DNA of 64,000 nucleotides, from assembly GCF_009914755.1 (NCBI RefSeq), contig NC_060942.1. One strand, written 5' to 3'. Shown piece after piece: positions 13,524-33,800 of this stretch. The notes beneath the pieces are model-generated. The model did not search any database. It was not told the DNA's origin and saw only the letters and a list, made by a program, of their open reading frames with translations. The stretch comes from the human T2T-CHM13v2.0 reference genome, Homo sapiens. Numbering within the stretch: the stretch's first letter is position 1; each line of letters starts with the position of its first letter. A program made the position numbers and the translations under genes.

Positions 13524-15177
13524 ATTCTTAGTAATCTCCACAGGCTGTAGTTGGGACTACTGTAGAACTACACCAAGGAGAACAGATAAATCATCTGTAG
13601 AATGAACCCTATAGAAACATAATCCTGGCTCCATGTAGTTTAGTTCCTGAGTGGATAAATGTAATGTCATTCTACCAGGGGATATTCAAACTCAATCTGA
13701 AAAAGATAATATCACCCAGAGCTGCTACAAGTTTTTATACACAATGTCCAGCATACAGTTAAAAAAAAATAAGGAGAAAGTATGCAATAAAAATCGGTCA
13801 ATAGAGTAATGACATGGACAACTGTCATTAATATTGATAAGAGATAATAAGATGAAGTTATTTACCAGATAATTAGAATTTAGAAAACTCAGACTAACAT
13901 TCTAGACCTAGAAAATACAGTTTTGACTGAAATAAGAAGTAAATGGGCATAATGAACAGAGAGTTGAATAAAGTAATAGGATTGGTGAACCAGAAGAAAA
14001 GTCTATAGATAACATCCAGACTAAAATAGAGCACTAAAAGTGTGGAAAATTCAGAAGAGTTTAAGAGACATAATGAAACATGGTAAACAGTAGTAGCAGA
14101 AGTACAATTTGGCAACCCAGAAGTGAGGGAAAGAAAAAATGAAGTAGAAGCAATATTTGAAGAAAAAATAATGACAATGAAATTTCTCAACACAATGAAA
14201 AAGATCAACCTGTACATTCAAAAGACACTAAATACTCCAAGCAGGATTAAAAGAAAACCACATAAAGCCTCATAGTTAAATGACTAAGACCAAAAGGCAA
14301 AGAAAAACATCTTGAAAACAATTAGAGAATAAGATAATAACATTTAAAATGCAGCAAAAAGACTCATCCAACATCCCAATAGAGATGACAGATGTCTGAA
14401 GACAGTAGAATAGCAACTTTAAAATGCTAAAAGAATAACTGCCAATCTAAAATTTAATGACAGCAAAATCAAGGTGAAAGAAAGAACTTTCTAGAAAAGT
14501 GGAAACTTAGAAAATCCATTGATGGCAAATGTTGACTTATAAAGGGAAAGTGATCACAGACAAAACCCAAATGCAGAGCAAAACAAAGAACATGGAAAAG
14601 GGTAAAATACATCTAGGTATAAATGAATATTAATAATAAATATTCAGGGTGTGAGCTAACATATAGAGGAATTTCAAATGTATGGCCAACAATAATTTAA
14701 AGGGTAAAATGGAATGATTTCAGTTCCAATGTTTTAAAATCTGGGAAATGTTAAAAGTAATAACTTATAGTTGACTTGTAATCTCCAAGGTAGTTATAAA
14801 CAACAGCAGGAAAAAATATAATTAAGAAGTGCCAAAAAGCTAATAAAAGTTAAAAGAAAAAAAGAATAGAAAAGAGAGAGAAATAAGTGGTTTAATAGAA
14901 TATAAGTAACAATTTGGTGTGTATTAACCTAAAAATAACATTATATTAAGCAATTATTAAACATTCCTTTTAAAAAGAAAAAAAAGTTTGTCAGACTAGG
15001 CAAAAGATAAAAACCCAACTCACTAATTCTATACTGCTTATGAGAGACAAAATTTAAAAATGAGAAAACAACAAAGTGAAAAGAAAAATATCCTATCTCT
15101 TGTACACCAACCGAAGGGTGGAATATGTATTATATATATTCATATATACATATACCATATATATAATATATATTCTG

Positions 15178-15257
15178 TTAACTTGGTACAAAAGTAATTG
15201 AAGTTTTTGACATTACATTTAACCACAAAAACCGCAATTACTTTTGCACCAATCTAT
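15178..15257. mobile_element. MADE1 (Hsmar1-derived 80-bp palindromic MITE)
   Basis: ttaacttggtacaaaagtaattgaagtttttgacattacatttaaccacaaaaaccgcaattacttttgcaccaatcta matches the MADE1 inverted-repeat structure; sits in TA-rich DNA. Confidence 0.9.
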
Positions 15258-15670
15258 ATAATTATATATTCTGATATATGTGTGTGTAAGAAAAGTAGAT
15301 TTTTAATTCAGACAAACTGGAATTAGAAAAAAATAACATTTTATCATAGCTATACAGGGTAGAGTGATAAATTTTTCACTATGTAAGGAAGATATAAAGC
15401 TTTTAAATTTGTATGTGCCCATTAATATAGCTTTAGAAGATATAAAGCCAAACATGGAAGAACTATATGAGAAATAAAAAAATCCACATCATAAAGAAAA
15501 CTCACCCAAACTTTGTTATAACTGATACAAAAAGCAAGGAAAATCAGTACAGATATAGAATATTTAAATGAATTAATAAATTTGACCTAATTATCAACTA
15601 CCATACAAGTTGATAATTATACAATAATAATCTTTACAAGAAAACATTGAACATGGATCACAGAAGAATC

Positions 15671-16147
15671 TCAATAGAAATTAGAGGAAAATAGAGGGGA
15701 GGAGCCAAGATGGCCGAATAGGAACAGCTCCGGTCTACAGCTCCCAGCCTGAGCAATGCAGAAGATGGGTGATTTCTGCATTTCCAACTGAGGTACCGGA
15801 TTCATCTCACTGGGAAGTGCCAGACAGTAGGTACAGGACAGTGGGTGCAGCACAATGTGCACGAGCCAAAGCAGGGTGAGGCATCGCCTCACCTGGGAAG
15901 CCCAAGGGGCCAGGGAATCCCCTTTCCTAGTCAAAGAAAGTGGTGACAGATGGCACCTGGAAAATCGGGTCACTCCCACCCTAATACTGCGCGGTTCCAA
16001 TGCACTTAAAAAACGGCACACCACGGGATTATATCCTGCACATGGCTTGGAGGGTCCTATGCCCACGGAGTCTCGCTCACTGCTAGCACAGCAGTCCCAG
16101 ATCAAACTGCAAGGTTGCAGCCAGGCTGGGGGAGGGGTGCCCGCCAT
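15671..16147 (-). CDS. L1 antisense ORF0 homolog, extended to 158 codons (expression unproven)
   Basis: ATG at 16147; MAGTPPPAWLQPCSLIWDCCASSERDSVGIGPSKP...IRVGVTRFSRC matches primate L1 ORF0. No stop until 15673-15671, outside the element. Confidence 0.55.
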   Translation of the reverse strand: MAGTPPPAWLQPCSLIWDCCASSERDSVGIGPSKPCAGYNPVVCRFLSALEPRSIRVGVTRFSRCHLSPLSLTRKGDSLAPWASQVRRCLTLLWLVHIVLHPLSCTYCLALPSEMNPVPQLEMQKSPIFCIAQAGSCRPELFLFGHLGSSPLFSSNFY

Positions 16148-16727
16148 TGCCGAGTTAGTTGTTTGATTAGGTAAACAAAGCAGCCAGGAAGCTCGAACTG
16201 GGTGGAGCCCACCACAGCTCAAGGAGGCCTGCCTGCCTCTGTAGCTCCACCTCTGGGGGCAGGGCACAGACAAACAAAAAGACAGCAGTAACTTCTGCAG
16301 ACTTAAATGTCCCTCTCTGACAGCTTTGAAGAGAGTAGTGGTTCTCCCAGCACGCAGCTTGAGATCTGAGAACAGGCAGACTGCCTCCTCAAGTGGGTCC
16401 CTGACCCCTGAGTAGCCTAACTGGGAGGCACCTCCCAGTAGGGGAGGACTGACACCTCACATGGCTGGGTACTCCTCTGAGACAAAACTTCCAGAGGAAC
16501 GATCAGACGGCAGCATTTGCGGTTCACCAAGATCCGCTGTTCTGCAGACACTGCTGCTGATACCCAGGCAAACAGGGTCTGGAGTGGACCTCTAGCAAAC
16601 TCCAACAGACTTGCAGCTGAGAGTCCTGGCTGTTAGAAGGAAAACTAACAAACAGAAAGGACATCCACACCAAAAACCCATCTGTATGTCACCATCATCA
16701 AAGACCAAAGGTAGATACAACCACAAA

Positions 16728-17743
16728 ATGGGAAAAAGACAGAGCAGAAAAACTGGAAACTCTAAAAATCAGAGTGCCTCTCCTCCTCCAAAGGAATGCA
16801 GCTCCTCACCAGCAATGGAACAAAGCTGGATGGAGAATGACTTTGATGAGTTCAGAGAAGAAGGCTTCAGACGATCAAACTACTCTGAGCTACAGGAGGA
16901 AATTCGAACCAACGGCAAAGAAGTTAAAAGCTTTGAAAAAAAATTAGACGAATGGATAACTAGAATAACCAATGCAGAGAAGTCCTTAAAGGACCTGATG
17001 GAGCTGAAAACCAAGGCTCGAGAGCTACATGATGAATGCACAAACCTCAGTAGCTGATGTGATCAACTGGAAGAAAGGGTATCAGCGATGGAAGACGAAA
17101 TGAATGAAATGAAGCGAGAAGACAAGTTTAGAGAAAAAAGAATAAAAAGAATGAACAAAGCCTCCAAGAAATATGGGACCATGTGAAAAGACCTAATCTA
17201 CGTCTGATTGGTGTACCTGAAAGTGATGGGGAGAATGGAACCAAGTTGGAAAACACTCTGCAGGATATTATCCAGGAGAACTTCCCCAATCTAGCAAAGC
17301 AGGCCAACATTCAAATTCAGGAAATACAGTGAATGCCACGAAGATACTCCTCGAGAAGAGCAACTCCAAGACACATAATTGTCAGATTCACCAAAGTTGA
17401 AATGAAGGAAAAAATGTTAAGGGCAGCCAGAGAGAAAGGTCGGGTTACCCACAAAGGGAGGCCCATCAGACTAACAGCGGATCTCTCGGCAGAAACTCTA
17501 CAAGCCAGAAAAGAGTGGGGACCAATATTCAACATTCTTAAAGAAAAGAATTTTCAACCCAGAATTTCATATCCAGCCAAACTAAGCTTCATAAGTGAAG
17601 GAGAAATAAAATACTTTACAGACAAGCAAATGCTGAGAGATTTTGTCACCACCAGGCCTGCCCTAAAAGAGCTCCTGAAGGAAGCACTAAACATGGAAAG
17701 GAACAACCGGTACCAGCCACTGCAAAAACATGCCAAATTGTAA
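16728..17743 (+). pseudogene. L1 ORF1p, disrupted
   Basis: MGKRQSRKTGNSKNQSASPPPK...RYQPLQKHAKL; premature TGA at 17055-17057, frameshift near 17150, further TGA near 17330. Confidence 0.93.
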
Positions 17744-17806
17744 AGACCATCAAGGCTAGGAAGAAACTGCATCAACTAACGAGCAAAATAAGCAGCTAAC
17801 ATCAAA

Positions 17807-21633
<3,827 letters not shown>

Positions 21634-21875
21634 ACAATGAGAACACATAGACACAGGAGGGGGAACATCACAGACCGGGGACTGTTGCGGGGTTGGGGGA
21701 GTGGGGAGGGATAGCATTAGGAGATATACCTAATGCTAAATGACGAATTAATGGGTGCAGCACATCAACATGGCACATGTATACATATGTAACAAACCTG
21801 CACGTTGTGCACATGTACCCTAAAACTTAAAGTATAATAATAATAAAATTTAAAAAAAGAAATTAGAGGAAAATA

Positions 21876-22930
21876 TTGTGAACTGAATGATAATGATAAC
21901 ATGTCATATCAAGATCTACAGAAAGTAGCTCTAAATGTGCTTAGAGAGTATATGGTTTATACTCTCCAGGTATACAATTCCTGATAACATTGACGGGAAA
22001 AAAGACGGAAGAATGCAAATTACAGATGACTTGAGAACAAAAAAGGCAAGGCACAGGGTAGAAGTTAGAGAGTATATCTGCAATGTATAATCCTGACATA
22101 GGAATTGTATCCAAAATATTTAAAGAAAAATCAATGTTTAAAAGACAGACATTTCAATAAAAAATGGACAAAAGTCTTGTAGCGACACTTTACTAAGAAA
22201 GACATAATATCCCAAAGGTAGATGATGATAGGAAAGTAGCTTGGCATCGGCAGTCACTAAAACCATGCAAATTAAAATCACACATAATGTAGGTACTAAA
22301 CACCTACTAAAAGGATCGATGGAGTAGATACTAAGGGTTGACAAAAATATAAGGCAACAAGGGAAGCTGTCTTAGGGTGTTTATATTAGTACAAACATTT
22401 ATAAAAAATATTTTACAGCATTTAGTAAGCAGAACATAGCCACACATTAAGGCCCTCCAATTCCACCTATTGCTAAATTCTAAGTTGAAATGACTGGAGT
22501 GTTCATAGTAGTATTATTTGCAGTTGCCAAAAATTAGAAAGAGCTGGCTTTTCCTATCAGTATTAAATTGGATAAATAAGTGTATTCAGTAGACTATTAT
22601 ACAGAAATGAAAAAGAAAATGCTGCTACATATAACAAAAATACATTTAGTAAATATAATATTAAATGTTAAGCAGAAAAAGAGTGCATAATAAGTGATTC
22701 CACTTATTTAAATTTTATGAAACAAGAAACACTAGTCAATAGTGGTAAAATTCATTTAGTGATTATATTTGTAGGGGTCAGTAACTGGTATGGAGCACAT
22801 AGGCGGTTTCTGGGTTGTTGATATTCTCTATATTGATCAGGGAAGAGGATATAAGGTTTTTTATTTGTTTTTAATTCATTAAGTTGACATGTTATAATTT
22901 GTGTACTCTTCTTTATATATGTCAAAAAGT
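21876..22930 (+). mobile_element. Continuation of old L1M (ORF2 and 3' end fragments) after the young L1 insertion
   Basis: ttgtgaactgaatgataatgataacatgtcatatcaag and an L1ME-like 3' end (aaccatgcaaattaaaatcac...gtgattccacttattt). Confidence 0.6.
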
Positions 22931-24596
22931 TTAACAGAAGTTATGTGTGTACATAAACTTAACATTGCTACATGTTTTACAAAGGTAAATATATTTTTAA
23001 GCACATGTTTATAAATGCCTACACATGCTTATAGATGCCTATAAGGGAGAAGAATGTGACTGGTAATTGGACTTAAAGAAAAAAATAAGTAAAATTAGAG
23101 ATGAACTATGTGTAGATTTAAGATGTATCTATGGGTTTTTTAAAAATAAAACCTAGTATTCTTCTGAGCAATCTTTAACTGTTTAGCTATCTACTCACTT
23201 TAAATTCTATCTCAGAGTCAAAGATTGGCACTTACCTTTTGTATTTACAGTAACATATTAACTCTGAGCCGTTTCTTTTATCCCAGTATACATATTGTAA
23301 AAATAGATGGTTAGTAGGAGGAAAGAAGTAAGAAAAAACTCTGCATAAAGATTGTATGAAGACAATGTATATGAAATGTGAACTTCTTGAACTTTTACAT
23401 AAAATGAATATTCATTTCCAAATGTTCTTCACCGTGGTCTCAGCCTTAGCAAATGAAACGTAGAAGATGAAAGTCCCAGATTTCACCCAAGAATCGTAGG
23501 AGCTGCATAGCATGTGAGGAGTCCGATTATATATATAACTCAGCTAGGGATAAAGTTCAAGGAGCTGGAATAATTATGTAGCATCAGAATAGTGGAGTAA
23601 GGATTTGAAAGTATAGAACTCCATGACCTGCAAGCTTCCTTTCAATTATTAGGTGCTATAACCTTTTCTCTACCCCAGATAAAATACCTCTGATTTCCAC
23701 ATCATTGAACACTATCGGGTGTTACTTCCAAAGCCAAAAATCCACATGTAGCAATCAACATGCCCGGTCTCCCCGCAAAAAGATGAAATATATCTTTGCT
23801 TCCTCATCCTTGCTTTATATATACTTCCCTTACTTCACGGTAGTCACTTCTTCACACGAATTTAACATTCACCTGCTTATCGTTTTTCTCCTCTTCCCTT
23901 CACAAACTTATATCTACTCTCAAGTGAAAAACTAGTAACAGTTACTTATAGCACATCTTGAAATAAAATATTTTTGTGACTGCTCTTGAGTATATATGTA
24001 TTTTAAAGACTTATGTCTGTGAATGGAACCAAATACTGTTCTATACTCCAGGAAGTTATGAAAAGGGCAAAATCATCTGTGTCCTTCCTTGAGCATCTAA
24101 AATCATGTAATAGTCATGCTATTTTGTCTATTTTTACAGTATATTTCCTTAGAAAGCAGGACACACACTCATAAGCAATAGTGGAGAAATTAAGATCAAA
24201 ATTTAACAATATGATTTAATAGTGGCAAGGAAGAAAAAAGAAAAAATATTGAAAGGTTAACTTGGGAAATCTTCAATATCTGAGAAGATATCCTCCAATA
24301 AAGAAAGGAAAAGTCAATGATAGCTTAATGAGTCAAACCACAACTATTAAAATGTTATTTTTTTAGGTGACAGTGGCTAATCCCAGTTAGGAATTACTGA
24401 AATTAATTTAGTCTGGTTTGCACATTTTTCTAACCCCTTCCTTCCTTTACTGAAATTAATTATTTTTAATTGAACTATAATCTACTTATCCACTTTGGGC
24501 ATACAGCCACATTTAGTGGATTTGATGCGCTGTCATGACTTTCAAAATTGCTGATTATTTCTACTGAAATTGTAGAAAATTATTAAATGTCATCTA

Positions 24597-26560
<1,964 letters not shown>

Positions 26561-27844
26561 GTATGGTTGTAGAGTAGAACAAAATTCCATTTTGGAATAT
26601 TAGTTTCCAAAATAAATTGTTATTAGTGGGCTGATTTACTCAGGAGCAAGCACAGGAAAATGTACAAATGTCTCTGCATCATGTAACGGCAACAAAAGTT
26701 TATCTGAAAAGGAAAGATTTAAACAGATTCAGTGAGTATAGAAGGTAAATCTTAGTAGTGTTTGTACAAGACAGTAGTGGCTAAAATATTGGAAATAGCT
26801 TAGCAAGAGTTTGTGGTACAGCCTGAACACCAACATAATGGGCTTGTACTTGTTTGAGTTGTTCATCCAGTAAGCATCTATTAAGCATCTGTCAACCCAT
26901 AGACATTCAAGGACTGAAAATAGAGAGATGAATTAAAATATCTGAGTCTACATTTAAGGAGAATATGTTCCAGTGAGAAAGATAAGTTTATTAACAACCA
27001 AAAAGTACAATAACATGTCATCAGTGCTATAAATGGATATGGACGTTGACTCATTCTAGCCTATTGATGATTTGAAAGCATTTTATGCTTTACAGGGATA
27101 AAGAGTGATATGTTTAATGTAGCTTTAAATTAATCTAATCCCATCTTGAGAGTAAATAAGTTTTATTTCAGTCTATTATCAATATCCTTCCAAATCCAAT
27201 CATTTATGAATTATGCTTTATCCGTCCAGAAAGTATTGATCCACATCAACCAGGCTTGATGCTATTATTAGCAGTATTTGGAACTATCTCAAGTTTGAGT
27301 CAGGTCCTCATCGAACTTTTCATCCCATTTCAATCTAGAAACCAAGCTCATTTCTGGCATTGTAAACCTTTGTTAGTCTCCTCTCTTCTCTTGTTGATGG
27401 AATTAACAAAGACAATCAATATTCATCTATGGAGCATATATAGCAACATAGGTATGTTTTAGAAAATGGGACTAAGTGATCTCATCTCCCCTATGAAGTG
27501 AGATTGACAGTTCTTTTGTTTTGTTTTGTTTTGTTTTGTTTTCAGAAACTCATTCTATTGGATAAACAGATTTTGTTACCACATTCTAGATTAAAATTAC
27601 TGAAGAAATTTAGAGAACGGAGAAATCCAATTCTGCAGGCTTCTCCTCCTGATATTGCATTTTCATCTTTTAAACTTTATATTAGTTTCTTCCAAACTCT
27701 TTCTAAAGTTTCTCATTTACTTATGTCTTCCAAAGTGAATGATGAAGAATTAAAGGAGATAGAAGATGTGAAGGGCGGATTCAAACTCTGTTCCCTGCTT
27801 TTGCAGCAACATTCCCCTTCCATATGGCCAGGATAAGAGCATTA

Positions 27845-30183
<2,339 letters not shown>

Positions 30184-30481
30184 AAGAGCATTACTCGAGG
30201 GTGGTTGTTGGTATAAAAAATGAAGAAAGAAAAATTTTGTCTTCAGCATTTCTTTGTTCATTGTCTACATTTTCTCCTTTTTTTTTACTTTCTCATCTTT
30301 CAGGCATACAGGACTCCTAGAATTTACCACACGGTGCCTCACACGGAGTAAGGAATTTAGTTGCACCCAAACTTCATTTCCCCTTCACTTTTTTCATTTC
30401 TATTTTCACCTTCCTGGGCTTTTCCTTCTCCTTGCCCAGACTTATCTGATTAATTAGATTCAATTTAGTATTAGGTCATAA

Positions 30482-30838
<357 letters not shown>

Positions 30839-33800
30839 CTATTTATAAATTAATTGTCACTGTATTTGCGAAACCATCTAAAGAAGTAAGCAGCATGAAC
30901 CTTGTAAGAAAAGGTGGGAAAACAACTCAGTGCCATGGTGGGGGCACTATGTAAAACATCACCTTGACAATTTTTTTTTGTAAAACACTTCCCTGCCTTG
31001 AAGTTTCCTTGAATCTATCCTTTAACTCACTTTTCTTCATGATCAGGCATATGTTTGTTTGCCTGTTTTTCTTTATGTCAGAACATTTTGAATTCATGGA
31101 GCAGCTAGAAAAAATTCAGATGAATCTTGAAAACAAGTTCTCATCTAAGAAGGCAAGGATATAGGTAAATTTCTTTTGTTGCTTTTGCACCACCTTCAAT
31201 AACTCTGGAATCCAAACTAAAATCTGAAGACAGATACCTGGAAATAAATTCTCAGACACAAATTAGGAATTTGCACTCAGGATAAGAATTTTAAAAAATC
31301 TTGTGTCCTGCTTGAAATGTGCATCATAGTTCTGTGAATTTCTACATGCAATGGAAAGTAAGTACATTGGCCTAACTAAATAAAAGTCATCGGATTGGAA
31401 GCACGACACACAGTAAATGAAGTACCTGCTGAAGTGACTTCCTTTTCTCTAGGGATGCTAAGTTATTGAGTTTTCTTCAGAACTGATTACTAAATGATTA
31501 CAGGGTATATGCCCAAATTCTTTGAACTGCAGAGTTTCTTGTAACTCTTCCTAAACATGTTTCAGGATCAATATCCAAAGTGTTTCCTTGTCATGGACTC
31601 CTTATCTGTCATTCTTGGCACTAATTCTCCATACAGATAAAGGTACCTTTATGTAGATACCCACAAGCTAATAACATTCTCATCCACTCAGAAATTCATT
31701 CTGAAATGGGAAAGGCTGTTGAGAATTCTATCTCTTTCCAAAGCCCATCTGTACATGAGTATGTGTATCACAGTGTACTTGCTCTATGCAGTCTTGCATT
31801 TTGGCTATTTCTACATTTCAAATGGCTTTTGTGAGCTTATGAATAATGTTTCCTTGCCTGCCTGGGCAGCAGCACATGTGTAATGTGGTTCTTTGTTTGT
31901 ATCTTTCCACGTGCCATGAATGTACATGCATTTTCTTCTCTCAGTTCTCTGTATATTTAATTACAATCATCCAATCTTTGCATCTTTCCAATGGCCCCTG
32001 GTGATGTGATGATGTTTGCTTTCATTGACTTCTTGTCAATGAAAATTCATGGGAATTTCACTCTAAAGCAAAGCGTTAGAAAAATAAAAATATTCTTTCT
32101 ATTTAAATATATTCTTTTTATTTTACTGCATCACTAAATTTGGTATAGATGGCACTTACATTCCATTCATGACCACTTTTGTATATGTAGAACCTATTGT
32201 GCTTTTAATTTACTCCTGTTATTTTCATTTAATTTTTATTTTATATGCAGTATCTTTTTTTAACCAATACATTATAGACCAATATATTAAAAGTGTTACA
32301 CTGTTGTCTTGATTACTTCAAGACCCTAAATGAGTAATCTAAAATAATCTTTCATTGAAGTTGAAGCCTAACATATTTATTTGTGATAATTCCATCAAAC
32401 TAAAATGAATAAACATTTCATGTACATAAGCAAAACTTTCCAAAACATAAAACCTAAGCATTGTTATTACAACTAGATAGTAAAAGGAGTTTGAAACGTC
32501 TACTGAGGACAGTGGGCACAATAATTTATCTCTAAATGAAACAGAAAAGGATAAAATGCAATGCTGAAAGTAACATGAAATGAAATTAACCTAATTCCAT
32601 TAATTGGCAAAACTTACTCTTAATTATAGTGTTAATAATTTTATTTTATAGACAAATATATTAAGGCCTAACATGAAAAGTAGTAGAGTTTTCTCTTTTG
32701 TTGCTTACTTACCCCTAGAAAATAAGTTACCCCTAGAAAATGAATCCTATAGTGGTTGAAGGAATTGATAAGTCCCCTGAGGCCATACTGTAGAAACCTG
32801 ATAAAACTGAGTAAATTGAGTTGATATTACAACTGCATTCATTTTTGTTAATCCTTTGACCTTGTTGAAATCATGTGCTGTGTTACTCTGCTGTTGAACT
32901 TGTCTTTAATCTGGCACAGGCATTCTGGTAGCAAACCAAAGTGAGAAATAAACGAAGAGAAATGAATCAAACATTCATTCTCTAATTGAAAAATCTACTG
33001 CAAAATGTTTGGAACTCCTTGAAGATAAAAGCTCTAAGAAGGGATTTTCTGTTCTTGATGCATCTCACACACTGTAATTTCCCAATATTTTTAATCAATG
33101 TGCTAACATCAAGGCATGATATGTTTCAAAGCAGTTAGCAAATTTGCAATAAGAATAACAATCCATTTATGTATTTTTAAAAGAAGAGTACCCTTTTTCT
33201 TTTAATATAAATGTCTCATTATTTATTGTCTCCTCACGCACCTTTAAATTCATGACTCATAATTGAGAGATAGTCCTTTATACACGTTGCATCATCTGAT
33301 GGCTGGGACTGAGGATGATGATGCAGAATGTGAAAGTGTCTGTAACAGTCAATGCATCTGCAGATGAAATGACTGGAAATGAGTCAATCATCAAGTGTAA
33401 CCTGTAGATTCTATGAGCAATATGTTTCCCTTTGTACTAATGCAGCTTCCTCTTAAATAGCTGTAGACTTTAATAGTATAAGAGAACCATATAATTTTAT
33501 AGCTGTTAGAGACCTCAGAGATCTTTAAACCCTCCTTTTAAAAATCTAGGTGAAGGCACAAATACTCAGTTTAGTTAAGAATTTTGATACAAGGTCACAT
33601 AGCATGGTAGTGGCCAGTCTGAACCACAATTTAAAAAAATCAATGTTATGTCCTTTTCAAAATAACTTTCAGTTTCTGTATTTGATGAATGCAAAGCAGT
33701 TTATCTGCCTCTTTTATTGATAAGCATTCAAGAAAGTAAAAACAATTTTAAGTTGTTACCATGTTTAAAGTTCTAAGAAAATACTGAGAAACCCAAATTA

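Noticed and set aside
27498-27836. 112-aa ORF next to L1 #2, considered as a pseudogene split by the insertion
   Set aside because: No recognisable protein on either strand, even after joining across the TSD to 30197 onward; it begins at GTG and runs through a (TTTTG)n repeat.
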